64,000 nucleotides of DNA from Balanoglossus misakiensis. Its lineage: Eukaryota > Animalia > Hemichordata. A program made the position numbers and the translations under genes. Numbering within the stretch: the first letter of the stretch is position 1; every line of letters begins with the position of its first letter. Where the stretch lies: contig CM082591.2 of the NCBI GenBank assembly GCA_040954595.2, positions 7,926,047-7,990,046 on the forward strand. The letters run 5' to 3'. Below the pieces are notes generated by a model that saw only the letters and a list, made by a program, of their open reading frames with translations, did no database searches and was not told the DNA's origin. Shown piece after piece: positions 11,401-24,049 of this stretch.

Positions 11401-13796
11401 TTATAATTAATTACATAAGAAATGAACAGGTTTTTAAATGGTCATTTGCAGATAATGAGAAATTGTAGGCACAGCAGAACTCAGTTTATTTTTAGAAATA
11501 AGATGGTATCTCAGTGATGCATGCATGTCTGTGCAGGTTGCACTATTGACCAAGGATTAAATTGAAAGTGTAGACAGCCTAGTCTTGAAGTTGAAAACTA
11601 AAGAAACAATTACCGGTATGTATCCTAAACTAGATAGTATAATTAACTAAAACTATACATACCTGTTGCATTTTGTCTGTCCTTTTTAGTGCGTTGGTCA
11701 TGTTCATCTTCCTGTTGTTTTCTTCCCTTTGGTGTCAACATACTGGCAAATGTTGCATAACTCTTTTTGACATCTTCACTCTCCATGAAAGCCTTCTTCA
11801 GCTCCTTAGCTTCTTCAAAAGCTATCCTGGTCTTCTTGACACTCCATATTATCTTCTCTGAAATCTTATCAGATGAGTGTGACACTACAAATCTGTCTGC
11901 GTAGTATGGAAAGTATTTCTTGATTAACTTTCCAAGCTGGGAATATTCAGTGGGATAGGTTGGTGTTCCGGATGCTACACCTTCTAAACCACTAAATCCA
12001 TAGTCGTCGCTGAAAGGTGGTGGAAGGCAAATGTCCGATTGACAAAGTGATCTCCTTAAGGTCTTTGCCGAGTAAGCAGGGAGAAGATGTGCCTTTACGT
12101 GATCGCTGTTTATCTGCTGTAGGAGATATTTTCGTTCAGCATGACCTGCTTGTCGAGAAGCTCCCTGTACTGACCATTTCAGAAGTTTGTCATCAACATC
12201 TTTCAGTACTTTTGCTGCACTTCCAATAGAAGCTGCTAGTGTCTCACATCTGTCCAGGGCTTCTTGGGTATCAATCGGTCCGTATGTCAGTATGTTGTGA
12301 GTAGTCACTTCATCTGGTAACTTTGGGTCCATCTTGAAAAAGACTTCAGCAGGTTTGGGTAAAATCTCTGCATGAGGGATCATGTGTAGTTCCCTGTCAT
12401 CAAAGGTAGCCCGGTATTCGTTCTGGAAATGCTCATACACACTTGGACCAATTGAGAATATGATGTCAGCTTCACTGGCCATCTTCAGCATCATTTCACT
12501 GAACTTTTCTGTTGATAATCCCAGCAGACAGTTATCATCTTCATAGGCATGGTTGATCATCACTAGTTCTGCACCTGGAAATACTTTCTCTCTGATGTCT
12601 GCAGCAGCGAGGAAAGTCTTGGGAGCATACCCAACAACATGCTGGATGTTTACAAGCTTTTGTAAGTCAGGATAGTAGATTTTATGATACATCAACCACT
12701 TTAATTCTGGCTTGTCTTCATCTGGGTCGATTCTTCCCTGTCTTTGTGCTGGAATCAATTTAACCCGACACTTGGCAGCATCTGCCTTCTGGTCATCACT
12801 GGCTTTGACACCAACAAAGGTGGAGTAGGCTTGAACAGGAGTTCCTTCTTCATCTTTCCTTGCACAGAAATCTTGTACGAGAATTCTGTGAAACCCAGTC
12901 AAGCCACAATCTTCTTTGTTCCATTCATTATACACAAACAGTGCCCCAGGAGGTGGATCTGGAAGATGGAGTTGATGAAGTTTGGCTTCAGGGAAGAGAC
13001 CTTTATGAATTGCCACTGCAGCATTTTTTGTCTTTGGAGAGATTCCCACTACATGCTTGATGTTTTGCAGTCCCTTCAAGTCTGGGAAGTATGTACCATG
13101 GTTAACAAGCCAGTGTACTCCAGGGGGATCTTCATGAGGATCCATCCTCTCGTCTCTTATAGCTGGGATCAAAGTAACATCCAATTTCTCTGCATCTTTC
13201 CTTTGTTCTTCACTCACTTCAACATCAAGTGTAGTACAGTAGGCTTGAGAAACTTTCTCTGACTTCAACAGGGTTTCTTCTCGAAATTTTGTGACAAGCT
13301 GATGAGTTGGTGTTGTTGTCTGATCTTCTGATTCTGTCTGCCAGGTTTGCATGACCATTAATGCTGCCACAGGTGGTGGGTCAGGAAGACTGAGTTGGTG
13401 AAGTTTGGCTTCAGGGAAGAGACTTTCATGAATTGCAGCTGCTGCTTTGTGTGTGTTTGGAGAATATCCGACTACATGCTGGATGTTTTTCAGGTCCTTC
13501 AAGTCTGGGAAATATGTACCATGGTGAAAAAGCCAGTGTACTCCAGGGGGATCTTCAGAAGGATCCATCCTCTCGTCTCTTACAGCTGGAATCAAAGTAA
13601 CATCAAATTTCTCTGCATCTTTCTTTTGTTCTTCACTCACTCCAACTTCAAGGGTAGTACAGTGGAATTCAGAAACGTTCTCAGACTGAAGTGTGTTTTC
13701 TTGGAGATGTTTGATTATAGCTTGAGTTGGTTGGGAGGTCTTTGCCTCCTTGTCCCATGATTTCAATACAACCAGTGCTGCAGATGGTTCTGACAT
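4662..13796 (-). CDS. Multi-exon gene, copy 1 (~1614 aa): 2x GT N-lobe-like repeats + GT4-like glycosyltransferase + TRADD-N-like + coiled coil + 36-aa repeats + NHL propeller. Exons: 13796-11663, 10846-10391, 10036-9957, 9466-9388, 9169-8909, 8427-7891, 7550-7071, 5479-4662
   Basis: All introns are GT-AG with compatible phases; exon lengths sum to 4845 nt (divisible by 3) with no internal stop seen; the same structure is conserved in copy 2. Confidence 0.8.
6844..6935. mobile_element. ~90-bp piggyBac-like mini-MITE; copies at ~30494-30586 and ~49993-50088
   Basis: TTAA-CCCTTT...AAAGGG-TTAA. Confidence 0.65.
7071..7550 (-). CDS. Exon 7, copy 1: hydrophilic 36-aa (108-bp) tandem repeat linker
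   Basis: Open frame TKPTQPEMRREEETGSGE-TKHPQPETTAEKETGDAK; acceptor ttaaag|, donor AAG|gtaagg; 480 nt, phase 1-1. Confidence 0.75.
7891..8427 (-). CDS. Exon 6, copy 1: coiled-coil region
   Basis: L/K/E/Q-rich heptad-like ORF; acceptor tttcag|, donor |gtgag; 537 nt. Confidence 0.85.
8909..10036 (-). CDS. Exons 3-5, copy 1 (10036-9957, 9466-9388, 9169-8909): linker or unknown domain
   Basis: 80, 79 and 261 nt exons with canonical splice sites; phases 1-0, 0-1 and 1-1 join in frame; same sizes in copy 2. Confidence 0.7.
9525..9839. mobile_element. ~315-bp non-autonomous element with a 3' ~150-bp palindrome (Crypton-like?); other copies at 16626-16940, 41058-41371 and a palindrome-only copy at 27758-27907
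   Basis: Near-identical dispersed copies; absent at the paralogous site ~36375; no clear TSD. Confidence 0.85.
10391..10846 (-). CDS. Exon 2, copy 1: TRADD-N-like domain
   Basis: KGSLQITVNMRRLYNLYRL...SLAKAFEPILMTDEM...LQLIASYDQARF resembles the GSL-x-I-x-V...L-x-x-L...L-I/M-T pattern of invertebrate TRADD-like N domains; acceptor ctccag|, donor |gtaagt. Confidence 0.65.
10924..11336. mobile_element. Kolobok-like MITE
   Basis: TIR ggatgtacg...cgtacatcc flanked by TTAA on both sides; absent from copy 2 (~37588). Confidence 0.8.
11663..13796 (-). CDS. Coding exon 1, copy 1: two ~140-aa repeats + GT-B fold family-4-like glycosyltransferase
   Basis: 727-aa ORF; SDICLPPPFSDDYGFSGLEGVASGTPT resembles the GT4 ADxxxxPSxxExFGxxxLEAxAxGxPV motif; LFVYNEW...GLTGFHRxL N-terminal motif; real ATG probably 13796, just after acceptor ctgatag| (13803). 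Confidence 0.8.
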
Positions 13797-14397
13797 TGTA
13801 TTCCTATCAGGAAGAAGTATGGGCAAGGAAATATGTCAGATTGTAACAACTGTTTCTCTGAAGAGTGACTGTTTAAATATCCATGCACATAGTCACATTG
13901 CAATACTGAGTAGGGAGCTAGAAGGTCAAGTGAGGTCACAGTGGATTAGAAATCAGGCTACAACATGTCTGATTAAATATTAACCAAATCCTGCAATATA
14001 TGACATCATGAGTGACCATACAAATACACAGTTTTACAAAATGTACTCATTACCATAATCATTATTTAGGATTTGTTTTTCAGTATTTGTTGTTATTACA
14101 TCTAGTAAATAAAAGAATAAAGTGCTTTTCAGTGAGAACATGAAAGTGTTAAATTATGAGAATTTTAAGTTTGTAGACCTCCATATGACCAATGGCCAGG
14201 ATGTGTGGTACTTTGTAACTTGTATAGCCTTTGTTATAGAATGGCAACAAAAGATGTAGTTAATATACATGTACAGTTATTCTACATGATTGACAGATTG
14301 ATACTGTGGAAGGGCAGTGGAGCCTGGAAGGTCAAAGGAGGTCACACCGCGACAATATGTATGGTTTAAATGTTAACTATACTATAGGGTACATTAA

Positions 14398-14571
14398 AGG
14401 TATACGGTCACCTATACAAATTTAGCCACAGTTACCATGGTAAATCGAGATCTAACCAATCACAGATTTTCAGTGGGTGGCACACGCGAAAATAAAGCGT
14501 TCTTTAGAACAATCAAATACGCCATTTCAGCCATATATGGGCGTATGTAAATTGGAGGTGACCGTATACCT
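14398..14571. mobile_element. 174-bp Kolobok-like MITE
   Basis: 16-bp TIR aggtatacggtcacct with TTAA TSD; diverged inverted copy at ~57783-57960. Confidence 0.85.
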
Positions 14572-16625
14572 TTAACACCATGTCCAAATATAATGGACAG
14601 AATAGCTAAACCTTAATCTAAATTCTGTTATCATTACTTAAAGGTGTGTGATCACAATCTATTCTTTGGTACCTTGTTATCTTATCAAATATTTGCAGTG
14701 TGCAGACCACAGTTACCAGCAGCATTATGGTATTTGTAAAGTTTAGGTTTGAAATGATCCATCTAAAGTGTTCTTGGGAGAAATATGTTGAAATGTCAAT
14801 CATTACTTATTGATCAAATTTGACCTGCATGCAGTGCATTTAAAATAAGTTTCATTCTTTCATTTTCAATTCATGTCTGGAAGGGAGCATTCAAAAAATT
14901 GACATGACAGCTTTTCCCCACACAAATTTAGCCGATTGGTGGGTACACACCACGTCTATTATTAATATTCATGAGTTTACTTTTCTTGTTATACGTACAC
15001 TCTTATAACAATTGGAAATCTTGAGAATGGCTATTACATCAAGTTGACAACCCCCGCACGTGTACGTCATGTACATAAACAACAATAGTCTGGTGTGTGG
15101 AGCCGCCTCCCTTTTTTACAGGAAGTACTTTTGAAATATTTTTTTTGCTATCAGTCCACACTCATGATCAGTTTTGTGTCAGAATTTTATAATAGTCATG
15201 GCAACATTGGGAGTAAGACTCTGGCTCTGATTGGGGCCGTTTTAAACTGGGGGTTGTTTGGCGACTTTTAGGACCACGGTCACGTCACACTTGCCATGCG
15301 GGGGACTTGCAGGGGGGGGGGTAGACTCTATGGCAGTCGCTGTGCCTGTCGATAAGGAATGGAACTTTCGTTCGTACAACGCGCATTTCATTTTCAGTAT
15401 CACACAGTCTTGGAGCAAGACTAGGGGTGGGGGTGCATGTTGACGGTGCCAAGAGGAGTCGGCCAGTTTTAGCTTGTACTTCAGGCCAAATAGTGCAGTG
15501 CCAACCCAATTTATCTCTTATAAACTTTATAAAATATATAATACATTGTAACACTAAATTGTTCAGTCGGATGATTTTTGTCATCATTCTGAGCAACACA
15601 ACAGCATCGTTTAGAGTGCTCTTTCACTAGGAAATATCTCAAGCTTTTAAAACATGAGGTCTGTGCGGCTCCACTCATCAGTCTCATCAGCTTCTCATCA
15701 CGGTCCCTCACCTACCCAATCATTTCAAAGGGGTGATCAAGGTGGCCAGAACAGCCAATTTTAACCAACCAGGTTCAAGAATCTGAGAAAAGGTGCTAAA
15801 AGCATGCCATAGATATATTGACGAGATAAACATTGGGAACAGTAGGATAAAGGGAGGTGTGACTGGTCCAACCTGTTCAGTTTTAGTGTGGGGAACGGCT
15901 GGAATGATAAAAATTATGTTGCTTTCATAATTTTTACCAAGTTTCAGTATTCATAATTATCATACATGCAATGCCTGTATTTGTCACTTTCTGTTGTTCT
16001 CACAGTGAAGATATTATAAAGTATTTCACTCGGTGAAACTATTTTTGATAACGCGCTGAAATCATCACACAGCGTTGACTCAGTGATCGGCGCGACAGTT
16101 CGCTGCGCGCGAGCGACATACGGGGCATAGGACTCTAGTGGAGAGGGGTGTTGTAAAATTCGGTTATTAGAAGCTGTAATAAAGTTTTCAAAGCTGGCGG
16201 TTTTGTCATGTTGAATGTAGCATTTTTACATCTTCGGAATTCTCAATGCAAAATAACTGTTAACATGATATTTTGAAAGAGAACATAGACAATTTTATTT
16301 AGAATGAGGATGTGCCCATCGTAATGAAAGCTGCCAACCCCCTTAGAATAATACTACGGCCTACACGTTGATCACCTGAACGCATCGCCCTGTCTCACTT
16401 GGCTATGGGCTACTGTCGTGATCCCAGGGCACCCGGTTCAAATTTCTGGTCGTGAAATAGTTTTTCTCGGCGCATTTTTCGCAAATTATACTGTTTTATA
16501 GGTAGGCATGTATGATAAAGGGGTTATTACACAAATTTTGGTCGATAATGCGACGCATTCTCGTGATGTCCGCAAAATACGATGCGTTATCGAATACGAT
16601 GCGTTATCGACCAAAAAAACAAAAT

Positions 16626-16940
16626 ATTATATTATACCAGTATATTGATGGTGTAAATCACGCTATTTGATTGGTCGAGACACGACACGTGACCGTGATA
16701 TATTAGCCATATACCACAGTCATATATCATAGTTAAAGAAAATGCCTTTTTAAAATGTTTTATGCAAAGTTTCAATATACTGGCATAATATAATAGCAAT
16801 AAAACACCCCCAGCCATGGTATACCACTCGATTTTGACCAGTTCAACTCCATATACGCACTCGCTATCGCTCGTGCGTATATGTCGTGAACTGGTCAAAA
16901 TCTCGTGATATACCATGGCTGGGGGTGTTTTATTGCGTAA
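16626..16940. mobile_element. Copy of the ~315-bp palindromic element
   Basis: Matches 9525-9839; absent at the paralogous site ~1070. Confidence 0.85.
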
Positions 16941-19900
16941 ATAAATCATCAGCTCCAGTAGAACATACCTCTCAAAACGGTTGTTGTGGAGTGGTTGATT
17001 CCTTCCCTAGTTAGAGCTTCAATCCAGGTACATCTGAAATAAGTGATATTAGTCGCATGTAAATACAAATCCTACACATTTTTCATTTAGGTCTATTTTC
17101 AAGTGGACAAAAGTTTAGAGGCTTAATTGGTGAGTTATTCCAATAGAATTCTTCTTGTTGACGTCGGGTTCTGTTTAAGTTGAAAATGAAAGAGGGCGTG
17201 GCTCGAGTTTGAGGACTAAAAGAAAAAGACAGAAAATATCACCAAATATTCAATGTGACGTACGTACCTCTTAATGTCGTAACAGAGTGTTTGATTTCCT
17301 CACAAAGTAGAACTCTCCAGGTGAACGAACAACTGAAGCTAAGGTCCCAAAAGTATCAAGAGCGTAAGTGCTCACCAGAGAAAAAATGGCAGATAAAGTT
17401 GCTGATCGATCTACCAAGTGCTGTACACTTGTCATGTGATCTGACTTTAAATATACCTGTGTTGTACATTGTATCACATACAGTCTGGACTCTGTCAAAG
17501 TTCAATTGCCATCGCTTCCATTTAGAACATGTCAGCAATTGAAATTCAGTTAACTTTGAAAATGTTTGAATGCAACTTCATGAACTAAAACTTTATCAAA
17601 TGTTTACAATTTTTCTTGATGACTGAAAATTTGTTATCTTCAACTCAATTTAACCATAAATGTTTTTTATTCTGTTAAATTTCCCTTTGCTGTTTGTTAA
17701 CAAGACAGTTGGTTTAAAGGTTATAGATATGACCAGTTGCACGTATACCACTGTTAACTTATCACATCAGTCTGGACTCTGTCAAAGTTTAATTTCCATC
17801 GCGTCCATTTGGAACATGTCAGCAATTGAAATTCAGTTAACTTTGAAACTGTTTCAATGGAACTTTATCATCTTCTACTCAATTTAACCATATATTTTTT
17901 TCTGTTAAATTTTCCTTTGCTGTGTAATTGTTAACGGGACAGTTGGCTTAATAAAGTAAAGGTCCGATAAGACCAGTTGCACATATACCACTATAAACTG
18001 ATTAAAATTTAGTCATCCAAATTAAGAGCAAATATGGATAATATGAACAAGTTGTAAAATGTATAATTGTGCAAAAAAATTAAATCGTATAGCAAAATTT
18101 ACTTCTCACAAACAGCAATGGCCGCTTATCTATTTCAAACAATCAAGACAGTTTTTGATTGATGGTACTTTGTCAAACACTGAAGCAAGGATGAATGTCT
18201 ACCATTTGATTTTATCAGTTGAGATATGCCAGGCTTTGCAGGTATTTTGTTTATTTTGTGATTTGTTCTGTGTTAATGTCATTCTGTCCCCAGAGATAAT
18301 ATCGTAGTTGATAAGCAAATGGCCTCTGAGTATTGGAACTGTATATAACCGTACATTTCTAAAAAATGAAATAAATTGTACCTACCAGAGGCAAACATTA
18401 GATATTGGCAAAACAGGATTAAAGTGGCCCAGGTTATTGTAATTGAAACATCTCCAAAAGTGACTATCATTTCATAAATAATGATTTATTTTATCCATTT
18501 AAGCACTGTCTCATTCACTCCTAGTGAAGTCACTCAGAACATAAAATTTAATTTCTCACAATGATATTATTTTCCATTGCAGATTTTCAAAGGCTATGAA
18601 GGAGAGGACTGTATATGTCTCACTGTCAATTTACTAATCTTGAATTTTATTTTATTCAAGGACTCATAGTTCATGTAGGCTTACTGGTGGGTTCTAGGAC
18701 AGCCACCCCCTGGACATCATGTACCCACCAGGCATTTACTTACTAAATATGTATGACCATAACACTGACTCTGCAATCTGCATGATGAACGTCCAGGGGG
18801 TAACCGTCCTAATATTTACTGTACATGTAGTATGAACCACAATCTTATCTGACACTGTTTCATGTTGGTTGTGGGACAGCACAAAATCAAACACTTAACA
18901 AAATGTCCCTCACATATAAACCAATTTTCCAAGCAAACTAGTCTGCAGTTCTTAACTTTTTGAGTTTTGATCATTTTCACATTTTTAAACTCAAGTACAT
19001 GCTTTTGATAGTGACTTAATCATTTCAATAAAATCTGAATACAAGTTATTCAGGTGACATTATGCAACTTTTATCTACCAGCTCTCCAGCACCAATGCCA
19101 TCGCAGCTGTGCAGCCAAATTGACCAAAATAAATAAACAACTCAGCAAATCCACCATCAGAAGAACACAGGAATAACAGTAAGAAAGTGAATATCTGATA
19201 TAGTGTGTTATTTCAAATTTTTATTTTCACAAACATTTTCGTATTACAAAGTTAACATGTGACGTCCAATATTTTTGACATTAACAAAATGAAATGATTT
19301 ACATAAATTCAGATATATGAATGTACACACACATTGCCACTTTAAAGGGACAAAGTCTCTCTTTCACTGACCTTTTTCCATTAATTATTCTTTGGTACAA
19401 GACACTGTTTATGTTATTCTACATGTGGATATATAGTGCATCAATGTTCGACCACACACAACTTCCATCCCGTTTGCAGGATATGAGAGTAAAAATCTCC
19501 CCAAAATGAATACAAATGTAAATCATAAATGGTAAACACTGATTTCCCTTACAGGGACTAAATCATCTGCTATGTTGCTAGTTTCATGACATCTTCGGTA
19601 ACGAATGGTGTAACCAAATTTATCAGTAAACAAATTCTCCTGTTTTTGTTCAGGTGAATGACTAGACGTTTGCAGACTTTACAGGCCGAGATCAAAGTGA
19701 GAAATGAACTGCCACCAATGTCAACATTCCAGGGAATTGCATGACGTGCCATAAAACTGTTTTCATACAGAAGATTTCCTCTTTGAAAATTCAAATGACC
19801 TGTTGTTATGGTTACAAGAACTCAGAGGTCGTGCTGGGATTTTTGGCTGCACATATTTTTGACGTGTCCATAGAAAAAGTCGCATCAAAATAACATGTCA

Positions 19901-20441
19901 ATTTGAGGTAATGGCCCATTTATTTGAACACTGTGTTTAAAAGTAGTGACATATAGACACACATGGTTCAATCAGCAGACAGTGTCTTTTGAAACAAGAC
20001 AAATGAGGGAGTTCTGAGTGAATAGGATAATTTCACAGATTCATTGTCTGTGTGCACATACACCTGTCAATCAAACTGGGCCAATTCTAATGATATCTCT
20101 GTGTTTAAAAGTAGCGACATATAGACAGACATGGTTCAATCAGCAGGCAGTGTCTTTTGCAACAAGACAAATGAGGGGAGTTCTGAGTGAATAGGATAAT
20201 TTCACAGATTCATTGTCTGTGTGCACATGCACATGTCAATCAAACTGGGCCAATTCTAATGATATCTCACTCCACATTGGTGGTGTATGGTCACTGCATG
20301 TGTGTGGCAAGTCGTGAATTGAACATCTGATGTGGCCGATGTGAGCATCTAAATCTTGACACGTCAACTCATATTTTCACATCCAATGAATATTTTCCAT
20401 GTAAGATACAAGTGAGTTATGCCTCAAAGCGACTTCTGCAG

Positions 20442-21228
20442 AATTGTTATACATGGCCCAGCATGTATGAAGCGTAATCAAGGCCAAAATTCAAAACCCC
20501 ATTTTCAACCCACAACCTCCCAATTTTCAACACACGTTCCCCAAATTCCCCCAAATTGTTATACATGGCCCAGCATGTATGAAGCGTTAAATCAAGGCCA
20601 AAATTCAAAACCCCATTTTCAACCCACAACCTCCCAATTTTCAACACACGTTCCCAAAATTTCCACCAAATTGTTATACATGGCCCAGCATGTATGAAGC
20701 GTTAAATCAAGGCCAAAATTCAAAACCCCATTTTCAACCCACAACCTCCCAATTTTCAACACACGTTCCCAAAATTTCCACCAAATTGTTATACATGGCC
20801 CAGCATGTATGAAGCGTTAAATCAAGGCCAAAATTCAAAACCCCATTTTCAACCCACAACCTCCCAATTTTCAACACACGTTCCCCAAATTTCCCCAAAT
20901 TGTTATACATGGCCCAGCATGTATGAAGCGTAATCAAGGCCAAAATTCAAAACCCCATTTTCAACCCACAACCTCCCAATTTTCAACACACGTTCCCCAA
21001 ATTTCCCCAAATTGTTATACATGGCCCAGCATGTATGAAGCGTAATCAAGGCCAAAATTCAAAACCCCATTTTCAACCCACAACCTCCCAATTTTCAACA
21101 CACGTTCCCCAAATTTCCCCAAATTGTTATACATGGCCCAGCATGTATGAAGCGTAATCAAGGCCAAAATTCAAAACCCCATTTTCAACCCACAACCTCC
21201 CAATTTTCAACACACGTTCCCCAAATTT
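20442..21228. repeat. 112-115-bp tandem repeat, ~7 copies
   Basis: aattgttatacatggcccagcatgtatgaagcg unit. Confidence 0.95.
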
Positions 21229-23114
21229 GCAACTCCTCAGTCACCACTCTGAGCATCCAGACTCCAATTCAGGTCAGGTAATCGGAACAGAACATATTTT
21301 TATTATTTGGTCTAAGTTACTTGACCCTCACAGAAATGTGATATCTGCCTTCTCTTGGTAGCTTCACTGTCAATGACATGGAACTTATCAGATAGGTTGA
21401 TTGTCTGTCATCATTTGTATGTCTGTCCGTCCATCAATAATTGACTTCTTAAAGACTGCAGGTCATTCATTTTTGTAATTTGGTATTCAGGTTCCTATTA
21501 GGATGATCTGAGTCAGATTTGTTCAAATGTTGACAGAATTTGCATATTTGTATTTTTGAGGCAAGTTTTTGGGGGTTTTGGTGAAAAAATTATCTTCTTC
21601 GACACAAGCAGTTTGATTATTTCAAAATTTGGTATGCAAGTTCCTAGGAGTGACCTTAATAATTTTGTTGAAATCGTGGTAAAATTTGCATTTTGAGGGC
21701 AATTTTAGCTGTTGGGTAGGGCAATCTTCTCAGAAACTGTCCAATGAATTCCATTGTCTGATGGGAGCATATATTGCCTTACAATTTGGTATGCAGGTCC
21801 AAGGGGTGCTCTAAGAGACAAATGTGATGGAATTTGTAATATTGTATTTTTACAACATTTTTTTCAACTTTTGGTTTTAAAAAAAAGTCTTGAAAATTCC
21901 ATGTGTGCAATTGTTTTGAACTCTGGTGTGAAGGTCCCTGGTCAAATTTCTTTTAATTTTGACAAATTTTTCATTTGCATATTTTAAGTTAAATTTGCCT
22001 TTGAACTCTGCTGTTTCAAGTTTGTCCAAATCTCAAAAGAAGTGTGCACTTAATTCAGAAGCATTTTGGAAGTTCACAGTGGAGCAGTATTAGCCACAGG
22101 GGGTGCAGGGTAGGGGGAGGGGGGGGTATGTTATCAAAGCTAATTCACTGACTTCCCCTCCCCAGGCTAGAGAAAATGACCAGTCCCTTGCAGGGACTAA
22201 ATCATCCACTATGTTGCTAGTTTCATGACATCTTCTGTAATGGGTGGTGTAACCTAATTTTTCAGTAAAATGAATCTGTATTGCAATTTATTTATTTATG
22301 ATGTAATTGTCATGGTCAAGACTGGCTGTAAATTTATGATTCTCACATGGAAATAAAAAGACATGACAAACCTGAAATTGTTTTCTATGTTTTAATTTGG
22401 TTTGTATGTAATGAATTTGATTGTCCTTGTCATCATATCCGTGCTGCAGCTGTGAGATCGACGAATTGTTCTAAGCTGGATAATTCGATTCTCCTCAAAA
22501 CAACGAGTATAGATCGTCAATGGACGCCTTTTTGAAAATCGCACGACTTCTCAATATTAAAAAGCCAAAAGGTTTGTGGTAAATTCCAAACCGATAATCG
22601 AAAAAGGCGATCGTCAACAGGTTTTTACGTTTACTATTTACATGAAAATGGCAGCAAGAACGAAAAAAATCGTAAGCATTTTGCAGGTCACTGCGGATAA
22701 AATTCCAGTGTCTGTTCAAAGAAAAGAATGTAAAGTAATGACCGCTCCTATACAACCAAGCTACACATAAATACAAGTCGATATATTAAAATTCACACGA
22801 ATGAATATGAAAAATCACAAAAACGCGATGTCAAAAGATTTTCAGTTGTATTTCAAATCACGCGTTACAAAAAAGTCCAATAAATATGCCATCTACTAGG
22901 CAAACCAGAACGAACAAAAAATTGCTAGAAAATCGAGATTGACTGAAAGGGACTGTTTAGAATTTACTTCCATGGTGGGGCCGGAGGATTTTTTTTTTCT
23001 GGTGATTTTTCCCATGCCCCCCCCCCCCCCCTAGTACCGTAAATTGTGGAGGAAATATGTGGTCCCCCCTAAATTTCCTGGGGTTTTTCCATGCCCCCCC
23101 CCCACCGAAGGATT

Positions 23115-23571
23115 TTATGAGGTTATTACGAAAATACCGCAAAGTATGCACGAGGACATTAGCGCTGAGTATCGCCCGACGCGTAGCGGAGGGCGATGCG
23201 CTGCGCTAATGTCCGAGTGCATACTTTTGTGGTATTTTCGTAATAACCTTATTATTATACATCTTACATCTCCGTTAGTTCTTGTGTTGCATGTTACTTG
23301 GCTTTCAAAACGCCCAAAATGCCGATACAATCGATCGAAAACCGCTCAGTTGACTCAGTGAGCAGCCATCTTTCTTTTTTGTTTACGTGTGCGCACGTGC
23401 GTTGGAATGCGGGCGCCTTGAAACCGTTCGCATAACAGCGCATACCTGTACACGGTGAGTTGGGGCGCCTTGAAACTTAAGGCTTATTTAACGCGCGTTC
23501 CGTACGTACCGTTCCGTACGGCTTTTTATTGCACGCCAAAATCTATTTTTCTCGGCACTAGATGTATAATA
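23115..23571. mobile_element. Palindrome-containing non-autonomous element (Crypton-like?)
   Basis: aggttattacgaaaatacc...ggtattttcgtaataacct hairpin plus ttattatacatct...agatgtataataa; absent at the paralogous site ~63035. Confidence 0.75.
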
Positions 23572-24049
23572 ATGATTTTTATGTCTGGTTCCCCCCCCCC
23601 TAATTTTTCTTGGAGAAAGTGGGTGCCCCCCCCCTCCCCCCCCCCCCGAAAATCCTCCGCCCCCTGGAAGTAAATTCTGAACAGTCCCTTAAAGTTATTT
23701 ATCAAAATACACCCAAGTTGAATATCCAATTCAATATAGCTGCTTTTGTCGCCATAACAACAGAAGTCATTTACCTGTCAAATTATTACTCATTGTCTTC
23801 AAACGCGTGTGTGAGAATAAAATGAACATGTTGCAGGTCTGTTCTCAGTCAGTAGAGCCAATTCTCAGGATTGTAAACAACAAAAACTAGGAACAAATGT
23901 TAGTTTTGTATTTCATACACTTATATTTCCATGAGGGTATGTCTACATGTCAACCTGAATTGTCAGCTTCATTGATGAAGAATTGTGTTAATTTGACTTG
24001 TGAAGGTACTATTTATGAATAAATATGAAAATATGTTTTGACTTTATTA

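Noticed and set aside
12744-13760. + strand ORFs overlapping the GT exons (also 38990-40426)
   Set aside because: Antisense shadows of a long coding exon
13797-13826. ORF-track start MPILL (and 40492)
   Set aside because: It is a TTG within the polypyrimidine tract of a splice acceptor; the ATG at 13796/40462 is the likely start
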